A stretch of DNA of 63,568 bases, filler included, from Octopus bimaculoides (Eukaryota): NCBI RefSeq assembly GCF_001194135.2. It is 5 parts of 5 records of this genome, joined end to end, with 100 filler letters (N's around TTAATTAATTAA, not from the genome) between each part and the next. Parts side by side here need not be neighbours in the genome. Positions count along the whole stretch, not along the records: positions 1 to 11,913 come from NC_068982.1; 4 more parts are not named here. One strand, 5' to 3'. Positions 1-11,127 of the stretch are shown here, piece by piece; within the stretch, counting starts at the first letter, position 1; each line of letters begins with the position of its first letter. Below the pieces are notes generated by a model. The model searched no databases. It worked only from the letters and a program-made list of their open reading frames with translations, and was not told the DNA's origin. Position numbers and translations under genes: made by a program.

Positions 1-27
<27 letters not shown>
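1..27. repeat. (TA)n microsatellite
   Basis: Pure TA run at window start. Confidence 0.95.
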
Positions 28-35
<8 letters not shown>

Positions 36-39
36 TGTA

Positions 40-393
40 TTGAGTCAGTCCATAAATAATGCGGTTTTTTCCAACTGCATGAACTAAAAGTCTGAGGGCG
101 TCGGATAAACTACCTGCATCAACTTGCTATAAAAGCAGATAGTAATTTTACCTTGTTCTTATTATTAATGCAAGTTTTGAAGAGTGCAGTTTGATTTTAA
201 CAGTTATTTTTTCACAATAACTGTTAAAAGTGACAATGGAGCTATTCGGCATATTTTGCTCTATGAGTTCGATAAAGGTAACAACGCAACGGAAAGTACG
301 AAGAATATTAATGCAGTATATGGGGACGGACAATAAGCGTAAGCCAGTGTCAATGGTGATTCCAGAAATTCCGAGCCCGATACGACAGCATTG
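40..393 (+). mobile_element. mariner-like DNA transposon, 5' fragment
   Basis: TA, then TIR TTGAGTCAGTCCATAAATAATGCGG, matching the copy at 4419. Decayed transposase N-terminus (IRHILLYEFDKGNNATESTKNINAVYG). Truncated where the LINE fragment starts. Confidence 0.85.
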
Positions 394-1010
394 ACCACCA
401 TTACCTGACTTCTATCTTTTAGAAAGTCATGTAGTCATTCTCCAAGTTTTCCATATATGCCAAGATTTCGGAGCTTGTGACTCATCATACCATGGTCGAG
501 GTATATCACATCCACATTTGAGTTGTTAAGCAGTCTCTTTAGCACCCAGTTGTAATGCTGCAAGAGCTGTGTCAAGCAGCTTCTACCTGGTCGAAAACCA
601 TGCTGTGTGTCAGTCAACAAGTCATTCTCTTCAAGGAATGCAATTAATTTCCTTCGGACTATTCGTTCCATGACTCTGCTGGCGTGTAAGGTCAGAGAGA
701 CAGGCCTATAGTTTTTAGCATCTGCTCTGCTTCTTCCATTATGAATAAGGCATATTATTCCCTCCTTTAGTTTGTCTGGGAGCTTACCATTTGCGAGGAA
801 GCTCTGAAAATGTAGCCGCAATGGTTTTGCAAGGACTCTTTTGCATGACTTGAGGAGGATTGCTGGGAATCCATCAGAGCCAGCAACTGAGTTTGCATCT
901 ATATCATCTATTGCTAGCATTACATCCTTTTCTTCGATGTTGATGTAATCAATTTTTACTGCCTCCCGTTCAGCTTCTGTAGCAGTAAAGAATTCTACAG
1001 ATTTCTACAT
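391..1010 (-). mobile_element. non-LTR retrotransposon (CR1/L2/Jockey-like) reverse transcriptase fragment
   Basis: ORF 435-920 has RT motifs GSDGFPAILLK, NYRPVSLT, QHGFRPGRSCLTQL and VDVIYLD; homology continues past the stop as FLKDRSQVMVVN. Confidence 0.9.
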
Positions 1011-1547
1011 ATAACCTTCTGGTACATGATCTCTAGCATTTCAGTCTGTAAATGAAGCAAACATCGCACACACTTTGGCTTATGTCTAGTACAAGATAAC
1101 TAAATATAAATTCGGGGAAAACTAAAAATATACGTACTACAATTTATTGAACAAACTACAAATAGCTTTTCTTAGACAAATATAATGTGATGTTGACAAT
1201 ATCAATTCAAAGCTATTATACATTCTGCAAATTTTAGTCTGTTGATCCCATGCTAAAAACTTCCTTATAGATAGTGTTTCGGGTTTTACCAGCAGGGGCG
1301 AAAATGAAAAAATTGTCGTTGCTCCTCACTCTGGAGCTCCAACAAATGACTGACTGTGTGAAAAAACAGTCCTTCTTTAATTGCAAAGCAATAACTTTCA
1401 AAGTTGCATCTTGGGACTTATTAATGGATATCGCAAAAGACAGACGTATTGGAAATTGAAGTAGTTTGAATTCGAAGGGCTTATTGGAAGGTATTAAAGA
1501 TAAGTGTAGAATAAAAACATCATTGCCTTTTCCACAAACAGAAATTA

Positions 1548-1858
1548 GGTACTACTAAAGCAGCGCGGACCCGAACGCGCAGTCGCGCAGTCACGCGTCC
1601 GCGCTAGCTAGTCTTGAGTGGTCGATCCTAACCCTAACCCTATCCCTAACCCTAACCCTAACCCTGTCCCTAACCCTATCCCTATCCCTATCCCTAACCC
1701 TAACCCTAACCCTATCCCTAAACCGCGTGTGCAAATGAATACGTGTTTAGGGTTAGGGTTAGGAATAGGGTTAGGGTTAGGGTTAGGATCGACCACTCAC
1801 GACTAGCTAGCGCGGACGCGCGACTGCGCGTTCGGGTCCGCGCTGCTTTAGTAGTACC
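1548..1858. mobile_element. fold-back MITE with internal telomeric repeats (Merlin- or MULE-type)
   Basis: 71-bp TIRs GGTACTACTAAAGCAGCGCGG... with one mismatch plus an 8-bp insertion in the left arm; 9-bp TSD CAGAAATTA at 1539-1547 and 1859-1867. Confidence 0.92.
1627..1787. repeat. interstitial telomere-like repeats in divergent orientation
   Basis: 16 CCCTAA/CCCTAT-type hexamers (1627-1722), 23-bp spacer, 7 TTAGGG-type hexamers (1746-1787). Confidence 0.95.
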
Positions 1859-2444
1859 CAGAAATTATTTTGGCCTCTATGATATTTCTCGTTAATTTCT
1901 TCACAACAAGTCTTGTGCCATTGCACAGCATTGATTGACAAAAGTTCTTCAGAGGCATGATTGAAGCGCCTATTTTCAATCGAAGGAAATGAAGTGGAGC
2001 TCCTTGTGGTCCCAGCGAGCTTAAGAACTCAACCGGGTAATTAACAATTCCCGCGACGTTTAACAACAGAGTTTATAGATTTGTAAGTATGTTCATTTCC
2101 TGGTAGAATTTTCTCGGGTCTTTCATTTGAATTATCCACAGTAATGTTCTTTGAGGTCATGATTGCTCTTTAGCACAACCATTGTCAACGTCATACTATA
2201 TTCGTGTAAGAAAAGCTATTTGTATTTTGTTGTAATACTTTAAGTTCAATGAATTATAATACTTTAGTTATCTCCCTTAGACCGGTCATTTATTTGGGAA
2301 CTGGAGCGTGTCGAATAGGTTGGAATAGGGCCCCGTAGTTTCCTTAGGAGAGCGCGTATTGAGTCGGGACCATTTCCATTGTCTTCGGCGTAAACTTTTA
2401 CACAAGAATTAGCTTTTAGTTTTTATACAGATGCTGTAGCCTTT

Positions 2445-2464
2445 TACACACACACACACACACG

Positions 2465-2496
<32 letters not shown>

Positions 2497-2517
2497 CGCG
2501 CACACATACACACACAC
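2445..2517. repeat. (CA)n microsatellite
   Basis: Interrupted CA run. Confidence 0.95.
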
Positions 2518-3031
2518 GTTCATCTTTATTATATAGATTATAATACACAGAATACAATAATGATGTACGAAATGATCAAGAATAATTATTTGGGCGTACG
2601 CAACAAAGTTAATAACAACATACACAAACACTTAACCATAGTTATGTCATGTCTTCGTTGAGAAAATTATTTTGTGCTAAATTCGTTATGGGTAAAGTGC
2701 AAACAATTAAGAACGACACTGCTGAAATTCTAAATCTCTTCATCCTCTTTTCATAATTATATAAACGTTCATTAATTCATGTACAAAAACATAGTATTAT
2801 GTAGTAAAATGTGTAATTAATTTCGATGAGGTTTTTGTTTTATGTTTTATCAAAGTAACTTTGTATCCTGTACATAATGATCATGACGTATTTGACTAAA
2901 TCAGAGAGCACGCTATTTTAGTGTTAAGGTCCTGGAAGAAAATCTAAGAAGTCTGGAAATCGTTGTAGTTCAACTTTCTGTATGTGGGTTCTCATTATCT
3001 TCATTAAATGAGATAAATTAAAGACACACAT

Positions 3032-3402
3032 AGGCACAAGCGTGGCTGAGTAGTAAGAACTGTGCTTCCCAACCACATGGTTCCGGGTTCAGTCCTTCTG
3101 TGTGACACCTTGGGCAGGTGACTTCTTCTATAGCTCTGGGCCGACCAAAGCCTTGTAAGTGGATTTAATAGACGAAAACCGAAATAAACACGTCATGTGT
3201 GTGTGTGTGTGTTTGAGTTTGTAAACCCCCACTTTTCGTTTGTGTATGTTCCCGTAACCTAGCAGTTCAGCAAAAGCGACCTATAGAATAAGTAACTGGC
3301 TTTAAAAAGAAAATAAGTACTGAGGTTTGTTCGTTCGACTAAAATTCTTCAAGGCAGTGCCCCAGCATGGCCGCAGTCCAGTCACTGAATCAAGTAAAAG
3401 AT
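3032..3402 (+). mobile_element. SINE family A (tRNA-like head, CORE-like segment, internal microsatellite)
   Basis: A-box TGGCTGAGTAG, B-box GGTTCAGTCC, CACCTTGGGCAGGTG; aligns by eye with 8836-9221 and 35427-35828. Confidence 0.85.
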
Positions 3403-3629
3403 ATAACAGATTGTCGTATACGTGTTTGTTGTTGCTGTTGTTTATTTTAATTATTCGTCGTCTCCAAGACTGGTGGCAGTAAAAGAAGTTATCCTCAGAC
3501 TGGAGACCTGACTGGAATATATGCATTAGGGTGGACTCCACTAAAGACCCTCATGGATCAAGCGATGGATTAAATCTACCACCTAAGAACGAGAATGGTC
3601 CTTATGGCGGATTTTCGTTTCCTTCCCAC

Positions 3630-4020
3630 CAGCGCTGGGTTAACCATTAAGCAAAATAAGCAGGTGCTTAGGGTATCAAGGGAAGGAGGGAGTATTACGG
3701 AAATTGTAAATGATTTACGGCACAAAAGAAATCACTTTAAACTTGTTAAAATAATATTCGAAGTAGCTTGATGTTATAATGAGGATCTGATCAAAGACTT
3801 TGCAATTCAAAAGATATAGGAGAAAACGTTTCAAATATAAATAAAATGGAAGTATACAAAAATTAACATTATTTTCCATCTTATTTTTAGCTTTGTTTCA
3901 TTTAGAAAAATTAACATTTATTTTATGGTTTATAATTGTTTATAATTTGAATTACTTATATATAAGGGCACCAAAACGTTTTAAGTGTTTAAGGCCTCTA
4001 TGGCTATTAATCCGGCCTTG
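3630..4020. mobile_element. possible hAT-type MITE
   Basis: Degenerate inverted ends CAGCGCTGGGTTAA / TTAATCCGGCCTTG; no clear TSD. Confidence 0.4.
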
Positions 4021-4418
4021 TCCCAATGACAGATAATTATTCACTTCTCACCAACCAAATTTTCGTCTATCCGTTTTGGACAATCTGTGGTTTTGATAGG
4101 AGATACTTTCCCAAAGTGTTATCTTAAAAGAATAAACTCAGGTAAGCCTCCTAAGGAGGCGTAGCATTAGATTTGACCGTCCTCTCCCAAAACATAATAT
4201 CAACTACACTAAAGTTGTGGCCCTGCACAACCTACTCTACACCACTGCTTCAAATATTCCCATGTACGAAAAACCTACAATTGATGTTATCAATCTCTGT
4301 GGCAACGCCTCAAACCAAATATTACTCTACGGCAAAATTGCTCTTGATTTCGTTTAAAACCAAATTTAAAATCGAAACGCTTAAATGTTGAGATATTACG
4401 CAAATTCAGTGGGATATA

Positions 4419-5287
4419 TTGGGTTATCCCATAAATAATGCGGTTTTTTCAATTGCATGAACTAAAAGTCTGAGAAGGACGGGATAAACTACTTGCATCA
4501 ACTTGCTATAAAAGCAGGTAGTAATTTTACCTTGTTCTTATTATTGATACAAGTTTTGAAAAGTGCATTTCGATTTTAACAGTTATTTTTCAAAGCTATA
4601 ATGGAAGTGACAAAGGAACATATTCGGCTTATTATAAAGGCAACAACGCAACGGAAAGTGCGAGGAATATTAATGCAGTATATGGGGATCGGACAATAAG
4701 CATAAGCCAGTGTCAACAGTGGTTCCAAAAATTCCGAGCCAGAAACTACAGCGTAGAAGACGAGCCACGTCCTGGAAGATCAGCAGAGTTCGACGAGGAC
4801 ATCCTGCAAACCCTGGTAGAACAAAATCCCATCGTAATTGTTGAGGAACTCGCAGAGAAGCTTGCATTTGGTCATTCAACCATTCGTTCGAGTCAGCGCT
4901 AGAAAGGAAACGACTATCTTTGGTTTCAAGGCGAAAGGTGTTCTTCCATCATAAAGCTCAGCCACATACAGCGAAAATGACATTCCAAAGGCTGAAGCAG
5001 TTTGAATGGAAAACGATGCCCCACCCACCATATTCACTGGACATTCCGCAGTCTTCAGAATCATTTGGAGGGAAACAATAAGAATTCTGTAGACGAAGTC
5101 AGAACAGTACAGAAGGAGTATTTTTTCGTCACGGACAAGTGAATTTTGGAAGTCTACCAGATAGATGGAAGAGCATTGTAGAAAATGATGGAGAGTATGT
5201 TTTAGATTAAAAAAGAACTTTGTTTATCTTAATCTTGAAAAATAAAAGAAGTATTTAAAAAACAGCATTATTTATGGAATGACCGAA
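4419..5287 (+). mobile_element. internally deleted mariner element
   Basis: TA flanks (4417-4418, 5288-5289); about 30-bp TIRs TTGGGTTATCCCATAAATAATGCGG / CAGCATTATTTATGGAATGACCGAA; remnants EDEPRPGRS, QPHTAKMTFQRLKQFEW and MPHPPYS; central catalytic region missing. Confidence 0.92.
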
Positions 5288-6127
5288 TAGTATTGGTACT
5301 TAAGCAAATAAAATGCACCAGATGAAGATTCTTTCCTGGGACATGCTTGGAAAATTCTTTCATGATATAACGTAAATTAGTTTTTGTGATCTAGCCTTGA
5401 AAATGCAAATATATTTAAACATCTTGTTAGCCTAATAGCAGAATATTACACAGCGGAATATATAGTGGAAAATCCGACACGTATACAATACATTAATAAT
5501 AATATGAATCATTCAACCGATCTTATTCCTGAGAATAATTATTAAGCACAATTATACATCTTGTGTTAGAGATGCATCGAAATAGAGAAATAGAATTGCA
5601 TGGCTTATGAAGCAACATCCGACAAAAACGAAGTAAATTTGTCCATTTACAAATACCATTCAATTTGATTATTGTAATTTGTTTAATTTAAAGCATATTA
5701 AACCATAAAAATCGACGGTAATATAGAAGTGTAGTAATAGAAGATGTGCAGAAACACGGAATCGAAATTGATTGCATGGAAACATTCAGTGCAAGGCCCG
5801 TAGCATCTGCTGCTCTTGCAGCTGGATTAATTTGGTCTTGTGTATGATCATGTGCAATGGAAACACTTATATGAAGGCAAAAATGTAAGTGTTCCAGTTT
5901 GGCAACATATTTAATAAGGCAGCGAAGCATAATCAAGAAATTTAAAACATTAACAAAACTACTTAATTAACGTCAGTGATTGAGTTTTAAAGATAAAATT
6001 AGAAAATTTGGTCCCAAGTTTTTCAAGATGCTTTGCGACAAAAATTTTTGTCAGATTTTCTACTGTTTGTTATCTCCTCCCATAATTCTACTAGCTTCGA
6101 CATCTTAAACTGGTTAAGATTCTGAAG

Positions 6128-6386
6128 CATTGGTTCTTAACCCAGTTTTTGCCTATCGACCCCTTTGATTCCTATTTTATTCAGATGAACCATCATACCT
6201 ATTCGACATTTAAAAAACCCTATGATATTTTTATCATTAAATATTAGAAATTGCATTTAAAAAAACTGATTGTTAAAATATTTTGTGTATTATAGAAGTA
6301 TAACCAATTTATTGTAGATTAAATTTTAACAACAAAATCCTATGTGGGCCCCCATGAGTCATATAGACCCTGGTTGGAAACCGCTG
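6128..6386. mobile_element. hAT-type MITE
   Basis: CATTGGTTC...GAAACCGCTG ends; 8-bp flanks TTCTGAAG/TTCTAGAG; related to 48037-48310. Confidence 0.7.
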
Positions 6387-7181
6387 TTCTAGAGCTAACG
6401 ACAAACATCAGCTAGCACAGACTTGTTCAGGGCCCTGATCGCAAGTCCATCAGTTTATTCAACTATATCTTTATTTAGATGTCGGCCTCTAGGTTTTGAT
6501 AATCAGTCTAGTCGAATGCTTTCGATTACAGCTCCGATGCGTCCAAATTGAAACCTAAATTTCAATTAGACATTATTCCAGACACGGCTAGTTTTGCGTG
6601 GTATCAGACTACACTGTGTGGACTGGATAAGCTTGCTTAGGACAAGTACAAGATATCTACGGCTGTTCCGTTTGACTAAGCTATGAGAAACTCTGGTGTA
6701 AAAAGTTACAAGCTATGTAATTTCAGAGAGGAGGTCTATTTTGTAAGGGTCTGGGAAATGAGATGCAAAATAGATAATAAACGAACAAGATGGATGGATT
6801 TTGCGATTTGAATTTTAAAATTTCCTACTATTTTGGGATTGCAGTCAAGCCATATTTGGATTATACTGTAGTGAGTTCCAAAATATCGAAATTAGCCACA
6901 CACACAAAAAAAAATGGGGCACATAGTTCTGATAGCATTTTCACCTCATTTAACCCAAAATTCGCCAGAAAAGCATGAATAACACCCAATTTAATTTTCT
7001 TTGCATTTATAGGTCCCAGGTTGAGAACATATGTATAAATAAGATACATTATATAACTGATGTAATATTTCTGATTAGAAGCAGTCTGTCTCAGTTAGAA
7101 TTGTACTGGAATACACATTCGTATGTCGCAAGAATTTTAGTGTGTATTTTGGAAGAATACGTAAATTCTGCATGAGATCAG

Positions 7182-7834
7182 GGATCCTGTTCAAAACGGG
7201 GGCACCGGTATTTTCTTAACGAAACACTTTGAAACTTGGGACACTGGTAGAATGTGTCATATAAAACATCTTTTTCTCTTAGTCTTCTTAACAAAAAAAC
7301 GTACATCGCAAGTTATTTCATGTTAAAGTTGTCGTATTTCTGTAATTTCAACCAATGACTGACGTCCATTCAGCCGTAAAAATTAAGTGCTGACTACGTA
7401 AACAAACGATTCGCGGCGGTGATAAAATTATTATTTCCTTGTCAAAAAATGGCTGAAGCATATTGGCAGTAGCTAATAAACCTTTCTATTATAGGCACAA
7501 GGCATGGTTTTTGAGGGAAGGAGCAAGTCAATTAGGGTTAGGGTTAGGGAAAACGAACACACGTGTGTTGCCTCTGCAAAATGTCAGAAGTAATGGAGAT
7601 TAAATACGCTTTACACCGCTTAGGAGTAACTGTAAACAGCTGAATACTTGTCAGTGATTGGTTGAAATTATCGAAATAAGACAATTTTTTACATGAAATA
7701 AATCCGAATACAAAAATGTTTTTCTGTTCTATAACACAAAATAGATAAGTATACGAAGTTTGAAAGTCTTTCGGTACCAAAAACACTACATAAAACATTA
7801 ATCAAAACTGGTGCCCCCGTTTTGAACAAGATCC
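7182..7834. mobile_element. non-autonomous TIR element with GG...CC ends, 8-bp TSD and internal (TTAGGG)3
   Basis: TIR GGATCCTGTTCAAAACGGGGGCACC / GGTGCCCCCGTTTTGAACAAGATCC; TSD GAGATCAG at 7174-7181 and 7835-7842; further imperfect inverted arms inside. Confidence 0.88.
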
Positions 7835-7889
7835 GAGATCAGTCTAGCCACCTGTTAGGGAATGGTCTTTATCGTCGACCCTAGTATTT

Positions 7890-7984
7890 GACTGCGATAT
7901 ACTGAGGAGACCGCGATATAAATTTATATTAGCCAGAAAAATCCGTGATGTACTGAGGGCGCGATATAGCGAGTGGTTACTGTA
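7890..7984 (+). mobile_element. pogo/Tigger-like MITE right end
   Basis: Ends CGCGATATAGCGAGTGGTTACTG-TA; similar to GCGATAGTCGAGGGATTAC ending at about 9298. Confidence 0.45.
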
Positions 7985-8835
7985 TCTTATAACTTATAAA
8001 ACTGTAATGGTAGGGTGGGCTGTTTTGGGATAATATCAGAAGGGTGCAAGAGTGTTAGTATGAGGGAAATGAAGCGGCATTGGGAAATTGACTGACATCA
8101 GGGAAGAAGACAAAAAGAGTTGTGTGAGTGACAAATGTGGAGTGGTAACGTCAATACAGCTGTTATTCAGGGATACACACACGCGCGCGCTTTCAGTCAG
8201 TTATTTTGATTGTGCTATAAGGAAGGTGTAAGGTGCGGGATGAGTTGCACTGAAGCTGAACGAGGAGAGTAGAGCAGAAGTTAAGTGAAAGGATCTAAAT
8301 TTGGAAATTTCGAAGCTGCGAGCGGGGATTGGGGAAAGATGAAAATATATTACAATGGATGCCGCTTACATGCTTACGTAAATACAAAGATACATGGATA
8401 CATACATACCTCACCACACACACACTCACATAGACACACAACACAGATGCACATACACATAAATAACTTTTAAAACGCCAGGGAAGGGAGAGAAAGGTGG
8501 GTGTGGGGAATACATAGCTTTAAGGAGGGAGGGGGTTGGTAAGCTGACAACAATTGTTCACAAGCAGCGTTTCTGCTGTCCATCCCAAAGAAACACTCAC
8601 AGACGCACGCGCGCGCACACACACACATACAGAGACACGCACACATATACACATACATACATGTCTACTATACACCATTTTAAACTCATGATTATCTTTG
8701 TGTGTGTATGTGTGTGTGTGCGCGTGCGGTTCACCTATCGCAGTTTATTATTTATGCTTACGTCGATTCCTCCGTGGTGTTATTTTGCATTTATAACAAA
8801 ATAAATATATACTAATTATAAAAATAATTTTAAAA

Positions 8836-9221
8836 AGACTGTGCGGTAAGTAGCTTGCTTACCAACCACGTGGTTCCGGGTTCAGTCCCACTGCGTGGCA
8901 CCTTGGGCAAGTGTCTTCTACTATAGCCTCGGGCCGACCAAAGCCTTGTGAGTGGATTTGGTAGACGGAAACTAAAAGAAGCCTGTCGTATATATCTATA
9001 TGTGTGTGTGTGTGTTTGTGTGTCTGTGTGTCTCCCCAACATCGCTTGACAACCGATGCTGGTGTGTTTATGCCCCCGTAACTTAGCGGTTCGGCAAAAG
9101 AGACCGATAGAATAAGTACTAGGCTTCCAAGGAATGTCCTGGGGTCGATTTGCTCGACTAAAGGCGGTGCTCCAGCATGGCCACAGTCAAATGACTAAAA
9201 CAAGTAAAAGAGTAAAAAGAG
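8836..9221 (+). mobile_element. SINE family A
   Basis: Near full-length copy with internal (TA)/(TG) tract and GTAAAAGAGTAAAAAGAG tail. Confidence 0.92.
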
Positions 9222-9301
9222 TTCTATTTCTACTTCGCGGATTTCCACTTATCACGGTGGGGTTTGGAACATAACACCCGCGATAGTCGAGGGATTACTT
9301 T

Positions 9302-9644
9302 TATAGGAAAGTGGGTTATACATCTTTAGATTGTATACCTGACTTTCTACTATAAAATTAAGAATATAACGGAACGCTGAACTCCAGACTAAACAACTTA
9401 AACAACACTTTATTTAGGTGGTAAACATACATATCTTTAGTTATACATCTTTAGATGTATAACTAAAGATATGTATGTTCATCACGAGCTGTCTAGTGTA
9501 AGACCGAAAGATGTAGAGAGACAGCTTAAACACACGTCCATGCTCAATCGCTGGCCAGCGAGAAAGAGAATGAATTGAGCGGGAAACGCTTGCTTGTTTA
9601 ATTCTACGCATGCGTAAGACTACGCATGCGCAGGCGTTACTACA
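9302..9644 (-). mobile_element. solo LTR (Gypsy-like)
   Basis: Minus strand starts TGTAGTAACGCC and ends CCTATA (mutated CCTACA); AATAAA present; 4-bp TSD CTTT at 9298-9301 and 9645-9648; second copy at 30324-30681. Confidence 0.75.
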
Positions 9645-10972
9645 CTTTAATTCAATGTATCAAATTGGAATTGTCAAGATTTTACTATCATATCAAAGTT
9701 GACCCAAAAGGCTGTTTAGGATTTTGGTTGTATAAATATTTATGCATTAGCATCTTTATATGTAAGAAATAGTATCGTTTACATATGAGAAAAATATAGA
9801 AATACGAATTCTATAGCAAGTAAAACATTTTTGCAATATAATTTTTAATAACTTTGATAGTCGTTGAAAGAAATAAAATATCTTAAATGTCATGTATAAA
9901 GTGATTAAAAGTATATTTTAAATGGTTGAATATATGTGAGTTAAATGGCATGCGATTAATAATAAATTAAAAAACAAAGCCGTTTCATTTTTACGGTTTT
10001 AACCCATTTATAAACATACAATGATAACCTATTTACAAACATTTCATATGACGAAATTCAAGATTATTTTCTGTAAACTATAAGGAACCTTGCATTTAGT
10101 CAACTGATTCGATTTTGGTGTATCATTACTAGTTATTATATTTCATCCTAACAGGCGAAGAGATATAAACTCACACCACACATAAGAACGTAAACTCAAC
10201 AACTCTGCAACGTAAACAACACGCATATTTTTAAAATAAGATTTCGTTTATTCTCAATACTTAAAGGTTACATATCCTAAACAGTTTACTTAACTTCGAA
10301 ATAGATAAGGAAATCTGTGACAATATAATGCTTTTGACCTTTTTCCTAGAAATACATATAAATGCATGCGTAAATAAATGAATACACGAATACTAACAAT
10401 CACATACGCAAGTATATATTTTATACAACACGTAAAAATAGGGCATACGGTTAAGTTTCAGTTGTAATGATAACACAATACTAGTAAATTCAAGGTCCTT
10501 CCTTTGACCATATAAACTCAGTGTTTTCAAATATGAATTTATTTCGAAATATAAGCTACCACAAAACAGGATCACACGCTTGGCCAATGACTCATTGGTT
10601 CGTGTCCTGTTCATGAAACTATTCAGTGTCCATATTCAAAATACTTAACTCTCTGTAAGTCAGAGCTTTGAATATGTACCCAAAGAAGGTATTGTTACTT
10701 TATCATAAAGAAATAGGAGAGGTTATGGAATGAATTATCTTTTATTCTGGTTCTAATTTCAGTCACTGGGTTGCGGTCATGCTGGGACACTGCCACGACG
10801 AGTTGAGTCCATTATATTGGTCTCAGCATTTTGTTTGCTATTTAATATCGATCTCAAAGGAGAAGAAAGGTAAAAGTGATCTAAGCATAAATAGATATAA
10901 CTTGTACGTAATCAAATACAAGATATCTTTGTTAGACCGACGATTCTGCCATCCGTATAAATTTTTTATGTA

Positions 10973-11127
10973 CAGGGGCGGACCCAGGGGTGGCTGAGGG
11001 GCACATGCCCCACTCAAGGAAAGAAGTACGCCCTTCTAAATAATGTTATTACGCCCTTTTTTTTCTGGAATTGTATTCCCTTTTGACCTTGTGCCCTCTC
11101 GTCGAAAGGTTCCTGGGACCGCGCCTG
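10973..11127. mobile_element. short MITE (hAT-like ends)
   Basis: CAGGGGCGGACCCAGG / CCTGGGACCGCGCCTG inverted ends. Confidence 0.6.

Larger units (their letters stand above)
1255..2215 (-). mobile_element. Helitron PIF1-like helicase fragment (pseudogenised, interrupted by MITE)
   Basis: [36 protein letters not shown], then past the insertion CGKGNDVFI, QFPIRLSFAISINKSQ and KTRNTIYKEV. Removing 1548-1858 plus one TSD copy restores KIISVCGKG. Confidence 0.88.

Noticed and set aside
1030-1090. Helitron 3' terminus (hairpin + CTAG)
   Set aside because: CTAG is present but there is no convincing subterminal hairpin, so the element end was not called.
1627-1787. Ancestral telomere-telomere fusion site
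   Set aside because: Orientation is CCCTAA then TTAGGG, opposite to a fusion scar, and the array is enclosed by TIRs and a TSD.
1608-1806. PNPNP/GLGLG ORFs on both strands
   Set aside because: Translation of telomeric hexamers within the palindromic MITE.
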